Shown in pieces: positions 58,276-64,000 of a stretch of 64,000 nt of DNA. The DNA comes from Candidatus Poribacteria bacterium (GTDB taxonomy: Bacteria > Poribacteria > WGA-4E > GCA-2687025), in NCBI GenBank assembly GCA_016866785.1, contig VGLH01000001.1, forward strand, positions 7,356 to 71,355, written 5' to 3'. The first letter of the stretch is position 1. Every line of letters starts with the position of its first letter. Below the pieces are notes generated by a model. The model was not told the origin of the DNA and searched no databases. It saw nothing but the letters and a program-made list of their open reading frames with translations. Made by a program: the position numbers and the translations under genes.

Positions 58276-61115
58276 GGTGTGACGTCCGGGCGGCATTCGT
58301 TGCGGCGATTGCGTTGCTGGGTGTTGCGTCACCACTACCGTTGTCGGGACAGACATCCGATCGCGGCACGCAAGCCATCTCCCGCGATATCGACCAGATC
58401 CGAAAGGCGCGGCGGAACCAGGGGGAGCTCCACCGAGGTGTCGTCGACAAGTGGCGCGCTGTCGGCAAGCTCGCCGAGTTGCTCGCCGTGTATGAGAGTC
58501 AGAACGCCGCGTCGACAGACAACGCCTTCCTCGCCTACGGCTACGGCTACGCGCTCGCCCTTCGAGCGGGCGAGGGAGACCTCCAGCGCGCAGCCGATGT
58601 CTTGTCGCGGGCGTCTTCGCTGGACGCGACATTCGTCCTTGCGCGGTTCAGCCTCGCGGGGGTACAGCACCTACTGGGGAACACAGAGGCGGCTCTTGCC
58701 GCCTATAGCGAATGTGTGCGGATCGACCCCGCCTATGTGGCTGCCTACCACGCGATGGGTGAAGTCTACCGGTCGGATGGCGACTACGCGGACGCGCTGG
58801 AGTCGTACGACTTGGCGCTCGCCAACGCTCCTGCCGACTGGGCTCGACCTCACTACGGCAAAGGTACCGTGCTCCTGGCGATGGGCAGCCCCGCCGACGC
58901 TGACCGAGAGCTGACCCTGGCAATCGCCTTGGACAAGTCCCACGGCCCGTCGTACATGGCTCTTGCCCAGGCTCGCGCCGCCCTGGGACAGGTTCCCGAA
59001 GCTGTGGAGCTTTTCCGAACCGGCGCATCGCTCACGTCTCCAACTCGCGACAATCATTGGGGGCTGGCGCGGGCTCTTGCTGGGGGAAGGCATTGGGAGG
59101 AGGCGGAACGGGAGTACGCTGCCGCGATCCGACTGGACGACGATGCCGCCGAGTTACACCTCGAGTTCGGCGATGTCTTGTGGGCGCAAGCCCGTCGCGA
59201 CGAGGCGGGAACCGAGTACCGTACCGCAGTTGGGCTGGAACCGGAGTTGGGAAGCCGCTTCACGGATCCGGTGCGCGATGGGTTCTTCGCCGCGCGTGTC
59301 TCGGAGCCGGAGGCGCGCGATCTGCTGGAGAAGGCGCTCACGATCCGCCCCGACGACGCCTCGGTTCATGAGCTCTACGGCGATGTGGAAGCTGCGACGA
59401 GCCATTCAACCGAGGCGCTGGCGCGCTATCGTCGAGCCACTGAGCTCGACCCTCAACGTACGCAGGTCTGGGTGCGTATCGGCGATCTGCTGCTCGCCGA
59501 CCACGCGCTGAATGAGGCTCGGGACGCCTACGCACGCGCATCGTCGCTGTCTCCGAACCTCCCGGAGGAGTGGTCGCGAGCGTCAGCGGCGGAGCTCGGA
59601 TCGGAGCGCTACGCCGCCGCTCTCAACGGCTACGGGCGGTGTCTCCTGCTGGCTCCCGACGATCCGTCGTTGCGATATGGCCGCGCCCGAGCGCTGGAGG
59701 GACTCGGAAGGACCGACCAAGCCGTGGCGGCTTATGAGGAGCTTGACGCCCTTCATTCCGACTACTCCGATACGCTGAATCGCCTCGCCGGTCTGTACCG
59801 CGCGTTGGATGACCCTGAGCGGTCACTCGCCGTGCTCGACCGGATCGTGTCGTTGCGACCCGATGACGTCCCTGCGCTGCGCGAGCGGGCATCGCTGCTC
59901 AGGGAGTTGGGCAAGAACCAAGAAGCCACCGACGCCTTCCGACGACTAACCGCCGCCGCACCAGACGATGTCGATACGTTTGCGGCGCTCGCCGAACTGA
60001 CGGAGGAAGCCGACCCGACCGCCGCGATCCGTGCCTATCGACGAGTCACGGAACTGGCTCCCGACCGGGCTGGGGCGCACTTCAGCCTCGCGCGGCTGCT
60101 GCTGTCGTCGGGCGATGAGCAGGGAGCGCTGGTTCCGCTGGAGCACGGACTCGACCTGGAGCCGCGTCGCGCCCGCGAGCAGTTCATGCTGGGCGAGCTC
60201 CTCGCCAAGCGACGTGAGTTGGCACTGGCGGTCCCGCACCTCGCCATCGCGTGCGAGATCGAAGCCGATAACGCCGAATGGCAGGCGCTCCTCGCCCGAA
60301 CGGCTGAAGGAGCCGCGTCAGGCGATGTCGGCGACGCGAGCCGCGAGCGACTTTTGGAGATCGCTGATTCCGCGTACAGCGCTGCCATCCGCATTCAGCC
60401 GACCGCGTCAGCGTTGTTCCGGCGCGCAGTCTTGCGCCGGGAGCATCGACAGATCGGCGAGCGTCTCTACCTCTCCAGCGAGATCGCCGAGGACTTCAAG
60501 CAGGCGGCGTCCATGGACTCGAACAACCCGGATGCCACATACCTGTTGGCTTTGACGTATCTGGACATGGAATCGAGCGACCTTGCCGCGACCACGCTCC
60601 GAGACCTCCTGAAGGCTCGCCCGAAGTATCCCAACGCGAACGCCGAACTGGGGAAGCTGGCGGAGGCGTCGAACCGGTTCGACGAAGCGATCCGCTACTA
60701 CGCGCGCGAGATCGTGATCAACCCCAAGTCGTTCGCGGCGCACTACCGTCTTGGGTTTCTGAAGGCGAACTCGCAAGGCGACATGACCTCGGCGATAGAC
60801 CACCTGTCGAGAGCCGTCTCGCTCGATCCGAGCCATGTCAACGCGCACATCGAATACGGCATGGTGCTCTACCGCGTGGACCGCGTCGCGGGCGCGGCTG
60901 AGCAGTTCGAGATGGCGATCCGGCTGGCTCCGGACAACCTCACCGCCAACTACAACCTCGCCCTCATGTATCAGCTCCTGGGGAAGGATCGACTCGCCAT
61001 CGAGCGATGGCGTCACCTGCTGAGTCTCGATCTGCCGGGCGAGTGGGTCGGCGAGGCTCGCACGATGCTGGAGAAGCTAGAACGCTCGTCCAGCCGACCG
61101 GGATCGCGTCGTTAG
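58272..61115 (+). CDS. Secreted tetratricopeptide-repeat protein (947 aa)
   Basis: The ATG at 58272 overlaps the upstream stop (ATGA). It has a signal peptide (MRCDVRAAFVAAIALLGVASPLPLSG). TPR-like A/L/Y-rich 34-mer repeats run throughout. The first 238 codons of track ORF 57558..61115 are an out-of-frame overlap and are rejected. Confidence 0.7.
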   Translation: MRCDVRAAFVAAIALLGVASPLPLSGQTSDRGTQAISRDIDQIRKARRNQGELHRGVVDKWRAVGKLAELLAVYESQNAASTDNAFLAYGYGYALALRAGEGDLQRAADVLSRASSLDATFVLARFSLAGVQHLLGNTEAALAAYSECVRIDPAYVAAYHAMGEVYRSDGDYADALESYDLALANAPADWARPHYGKGTVLLAMGSPADADRELTLAIALDKSHGPSYMALAQARAALGQVPEAVELFRTGASLTSPTRDNHWGLARALAGGRHWEEAEREYAAAIRLDDDAAELHLEFGDVLWAQARRDEAGTEYRTAVGLEPELGSRFTDPVRDGFFAARVSEPEARDLLEKALTIRPDDASVHELYGDVEAATSHSTEALARYRRATELDPQRTQVWVRIGDLLLADHALNEARDAYARASSLSPNLPEEWSRASAAELGSERYAAALNGYGRCLLLAPDDPSLRYGRARALEGLGRTDQAVAAYEELDALHSDYSDTLNRLAGLYRALDDPERSLAVLDRIVSLRPDDVPALRERASLLRELGKNQEATDAFRRLTAAAPDDVDTFAALAELTEEADPTAAIRAYRRVTELAPDRAGAHFSLARLLLSSGDEQGALVPLEHGLDLEPRRAREQFMLGELLAKRRELALAVPHLAIACEIEADNAEWQALLARTAEGAASGDVGDASRERLLEIADSAYSAAIRIQPTASALFRRAVLRREHRQIGERLYLSSEIAEDFKQAASMDSNNPDATYLLALTYLDMESSDLAATTLRDLLKARPKYPNANAELGKLAEASNRFDEAIRYYAREIVINPKSFAAHYRLGFLKANSQGDMTSAIDHLSRAVSLDPSHVNAHIEYGMVLYRVDRVAGAAEQFEMAIRLAPDNLTANYNLALMYQLLGKDRLAIERWRHLLSLDLPGEWVGEARTMLEKLERSSSRPGSRR

Positions 61116-61146
61116 CCGCATCGACGACCGCGCCCGCGACACGCCA

Positions 61147-62166
61147 TCAGGTTCCTACGTGCCTCCATAGCTCGGAGATCGCCCGTTCCACCCACGCCGT
61201 GGGGATGGTCTCGACCAGGCTCATGCCTGGGCGCAGGGGAATGGAGTCAGGCTGGGACGAGTCCGCCCTCACGAGCCGGGCGGTCGGGGATTGAGGCATC
61301 CATCGCACATGGTCGGTGTGCCCAAAGATCGCTACCAGAGGCGTGCCCACGGCGGCGGCGATGTGCATCGGACCCGAGTCGTTGGCGACCATCATTCGGC
61401 AGCGCGACGCGACTGCCGCCATCTCGCGGAGCGACAGTCCGGCGAGAACCGTGGACGACAATGACAGACGCGACGCCAGTTCGCGGCTGCGTTTTTCGTC
61501 GCCCGGACCGGAGAACACCAAGACGTGAGGCGCGATTGCCCACGAGCCGGTCGCCGCGTTCAGGGCGTCCGCGTACCGTGACTCCGGGAACCGTTTGTCA
61601 TCCGAGCTGGCTCCGGGATGGACGCCGATGAACGGAGCGTCCGAACCGCGCAGGGCTCCCAGAGACTCATCGGCTGCAGCCCGTTCGCCTGACGAGAGCG
61701 GCATCTGCGGTTCCGCCGCCCGCGCAGACACGCCGACCAGTGCGAGCAGTCGCAAGTTGCGCTCGACTTCCCGGATCGATCCTGGTCGGTTCCCAAGGCG
61801 CTCGGAGTGCGTGAACGCCGGATGGAAGGGCTTGTCCGCATAGCCGACACGCATCGGCGCACCGGATGCCGCTGCGATGGCGTGGGTGTCCGTCGCCGTG
61901 CGGAGCGCGAAGACGCAGGTGAACCGCATGCGACGCACTCGCGACATCCATCGCAGCCGCGCGAGCAGGGACCGGTCGCCTCCGCGCGCATCATAGATCA
62001 GCACTTCGTCCACGTCGGGGTTGTGTTCCAGGATGGGCGCGTTCAACGGACTCGCCAGGACGGCGATGTGCGCTGAGCGGTGGGCTGCGCGGACGGCGGT
62101 GAACGCGGGCAGGGCACAGACCATGTCGCCGATGCCGTCGGGTCGGATGAACAGCACACGATCCAC
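61147..62166 (-). CDS. Glycosyltransferase family 9 (LPS heptosyltransferase)
   Basis: It has the GT9 C-terminal motif ANDSGPMHIAAAVGTPLVAIFG and the N-terminal motif RPDGIGDMV. The GTG start is preceded by GAGGTG and sits 9 nt after the upstream stop. Confidence 0.75.
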   Translation of the reverse strand: MDRVLFIRPDGIGDMVCALPAFTAVRAAHRSAHIAVLASPLNAPILEHNPDVDEVLIYDARGGDRSLLARLRWMSRVRRMRFTCVFALRTATDTHAIAAASGAPMRVGYADKPFHPAFTHSERLGNRPGSIREVERNLRLLALVGVSARAAEPQMPLSSGERAAADESLGALRGSDAPFIGVHPGASSDDKRFPESRYADALNAATGSWAIAPHVLVFSGPGDEKRSRELASRLSLSSTVLAGLSLREMAAVASRCRMMVANDSGPMHIAAAVGTPLVAIFGHTDHVRWMPQSPTARLVRADSSQPDSIPLRPGMSLVETIPTAWVERAISELWRHVGT

Positions 62167-62174
62167 GGCGCACC

Positions 62175-63230
62175 TCAGACTGGCTGACTCGTGCCGAGAA
62201 TGCGCCCGACGGCTTCCGCGACCGCCTGCGGGCTGTGGGCGTCCATGCACCCGTAACGGTTGCGTGTCAGCGGGCAATCGCGCTCGTAGCACGGAGCGCA
62301 CGGGAGCCGAGCGTAGAAGACCTCGTGGCATTCGCCGTCAGGACCATGGCGACTCGGGCTAGTGGACCCGAACAACGCGACGACCGGCGTACCGACAGCC
62401 GCCGCGATGTGCATGGGACCCGAATCCGCCGTCACGCAGCAGTCGGATGCCTCGAGGAGGGCTCCCAAGACGAAAATGTCCCCGGCTTCGACGGCGTCGA
62501 TGAACGGCACGTCTGCCATCGACTGGGCGAACGCATCGCGGGCGGCTCGCTCCGACTGCCCTCCGGTCACGACGACATCGTTGCCTTGTCGGGCGACGTG
62601 CCGCGCAACGTCTGCGAAGCGCTCGACGGGCCACGCCTTCGACCGCCACGTTGTGCCGAGGTTCATCGCGATGAGCGGCTTATGAGGACTGCCGCGACGG
62701 GCGTTCAGGAACGCAGCAGCCTCGAGTCGGTGCTCCGCCGTGTGCCAGAAGAACGTCTGGCGCTCTTCGTCGAGAACCGGGGGCACGCCAGCCAATCCGA
62801 CGATGCGCAGATATCGATCGCGCTCGTGACAGCCCGCATCGGGCACAGTCGCCGTGAGAATCGGCTTCCAGCCGACGCGGGCGCCGCCAACGCGAACCGG
62901 GATACCGCTCGCCCACGCCAGCGCCGCCGACCGGACGCTCGTCGGATGAGCCACGACCGCGATGTCCCACCTGCCGGCTGACAACTGCTCGCGCCAGCGC
63001 CACGTGCTGCGCCAACCCGACTCCGCGCCATCCTTGTCCCACGCGAGCACCTCATCGAGGTATGGGTGGGACGCCATCATGTCGGCAACGTGAGATCGCA
63101 CGTGAAGGCATACGTGGCTGCCCGGGAAGCGCTTTTTCAAGGCGCGCAACGCGGGACCCATCAGCACCATGTCGCCGATCCAGCCGCCCGTCTGCGTGAC
63201 GTAGATGCGCGGGCTGCGTCCCGGCGTCAC
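62175..63230 (-). CDS. Glycosyltransferase family 9 (LPS heptosyltransferase), second copy
   Basis: It has TADSGPMHIAAAVGTPVVALFG and an N-terminal GGWIGDMV. The GTG start overlaps the upstream aminotransferase stop (GTGA). Confidence 0.7.
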   Translation of the reverse strand: MTPGRSPRIYVTQTGGWIGDMVLMGPALRALKKRFPGSHVCLHVRSHVADMMASHPYLDEVLAWDKDGAESGWRSTWRWREQLSAGRWDIAVVAHPTSVRSAALAWASGIPVRVGGARVGWKPILTATVPDAGCHERDRYLRIVGLAGVPPVLDEERQTFFWHTAEHRLEAAAFLNARRGSPHKPLIAMNLGTTWRSKAWPVERFADVARHVARQGNDVVVTGGQSERAARDAFAQSMADVPFIDAVEAGDIFVLGALLEASDCCVTADSGPMHIAAAVGTPVVALFGSTSPSRHGPDGECHEVFYARLPCAPCYERDCPLTRNRYGCMDAHSPQAVAEAVGRILGTSQPV

Positions 63231-64000
63231 AAGACGGCGGCTGACGGAACCGATGCCCGAACCGCCTGCCCAAAGCGCCGCATGCCCTCGTCGATCTCGT
63301 CGAGTGTCGGATACCCGAACGAGAACCGGACATATGGTATGTCCTGCTCCTGGACGTGGAACGTGCGTCCGCGAGTGCAGAGCACGCGCAGGCGCGCCAA
63401 TTCCGCCATCAGGCGGTCCATGTCGGTCGAATCGGGCACGCGCACCCAAGCGAACAAGCCGCCGAACGGCGGAATGCACGAAGCGAGGTCCGGCACGTAC
63501 CGGCGGATCCCCGCCACAAGCGCGTCACGTTTCGCGCGAACTGCCGAGTTGGTCGTCGCGATGTGGCCCCACAGATGGTCGCGCAGGTACTCGGCAAGGA
63601 CGATGCTGGCGAACGCGCTCGTTCCCCCGTCGAACCGCCCGGCGAGAACCGGCACCATGCGCGAAGGCGGCGCGATGAGGTATCCGAGCCGCATGCCGGG
63701 TCCCACGACCTTCGAGAACGTGCCGACGTGGACCACGCATCCCTGCGGCGCGATCCCGTACATGCTCGGGATCGGTTCACCCTCGAAGTGGATGTCGGCG
63801 TAGCAGTCATCCTCGAAGACGAGCACATCGTATTTCTCGGCGAGCTCGACGAGCTCTCGGCGGCGAGGCTTCGACAGGTTCGCGCCCGTCGGGTTCTGGT
63901 TCGTCGGAACCGTGTAGATGAGCGCCGGATGGACGCCGCGAGCCGTCAGGCCCGCCAGCGTCTTGCCGAGCTCGGACGTCACCATGCCGTCGCCGTCGAC
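63227..64000 (-). CDS. PLP-dependent aminotransferase class I/II. It is 5'-truncated by the window end.
   Basis: It has the PLP-Lys region TFSKVVGPGMRLGY. The reading frame stays open to position 64000. Confidence 0.65.
   Translation of the reverse strand, partial: VDGDGMVTSELGKTLAGLTARGVHPALIYTVPTNQNPTGANLSKPRRRELVELAEKYDVLVFEDDCYADIHFEGEPIPSMYGIAPQGCVVHVGTFSKVVGPGMRLGYLIAPPSRMVPVLAGRFDGGTSAFASIVLAEYLRDHLWGHIATTNSAVRAKRDALVAGIRRYVPDLASCIPPFGGLFAWVRVPDSTDMDRLMAELARLRVLCTRGRTFHVQEQDIPYVRFSFGYPTLDEIDEGMRRFGQAVRASVPSAAVL

Overview
This window reads as a 64 kb stretch of high-G+C bacterial chromosome, roughly two-thirds G+C by eye. It is densely packed with ordinary-length genes. I found no rRNA, tRNA, CRISPR array, transposase, integrase or phage genes. 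The organism is probably diderm, because lolCD and two GT9 heptosyltransferases are present. Most of what I can identify is core housekeeping. On the minus strand 1..8724 carries two Zn-alcohol dehydrogenases, a DAG-kinase-like lipid kinase, a LarA-like protein, an FAD oxidoreductase and a Tat-secreted sulfite-oxidase-family molybdoenzyme with moeA and mobA. On the plus strand 8918..11385 is a three-gene membrane-lipid module: CDP-alcohol phosphatidyltransferase, a PAP2-like protein and an FkbM methyltransferase. The region 11380..19542 is a carbohydrate-active locus with a cupin, an alpha/beta hydrolase, an SDR epimerase, a beta-helix protein, a Gfo/Idh/MocA oxidoreductase, a URO-D-like protein and a GH29 fucosidase. 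Next on the minus strand come recG, rel, recJ, an APH-family kinase, mtnP and nnr (19670..30223). Then come three small membrane ORFs, followed by groES-groEL with a CIRCE operator. Further secreted glycan-related proteins follow: a LamG protein, a DUF1080 3-keto-disaccharide-hydrolase-like protein and a DUF2961/GH172 protein. A minus-strand block carries rpsR, ilvE, lolD, lolC/E, lysS and a gene for a NYN-zinc ribbon-cold-shock-domain fusion protein. The remainder holds a PhyH dioxygenase, a Ycf48-like propeller, pabC-pabB, an EnvC-like M23 activator with a CtpA protease, and a four-gene module (GAF sensor kinase, sigma-54 response regulator, secreted Reg_prop propeller protein, 947-aa TPR protein). 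The window ends with two translationally coupled GT9 heptosyltransferases and a truncated PLP aminotransferase. The long Arg/Ala-rich ORFs in the six-frame track that lie antisense to or out of frame with these genes are high-GC shadow ORFs. The track prints M for GTG and TTG starts, so several true starts are internal. I have given adjusted starts where an RBS or a neighbouring stop supports them. The most unusual items are the NYN-ZnR-CSD protein, the sORF-plus-paralog small-membrane-protein trio, the lipid head-group module, the stand-alone Reg_prop/TPR sensory module, and a mobA whose conserved N-terminal motif lies upstream of any canonical start codon. None of them is a clearly recognisable defence or mobile system.
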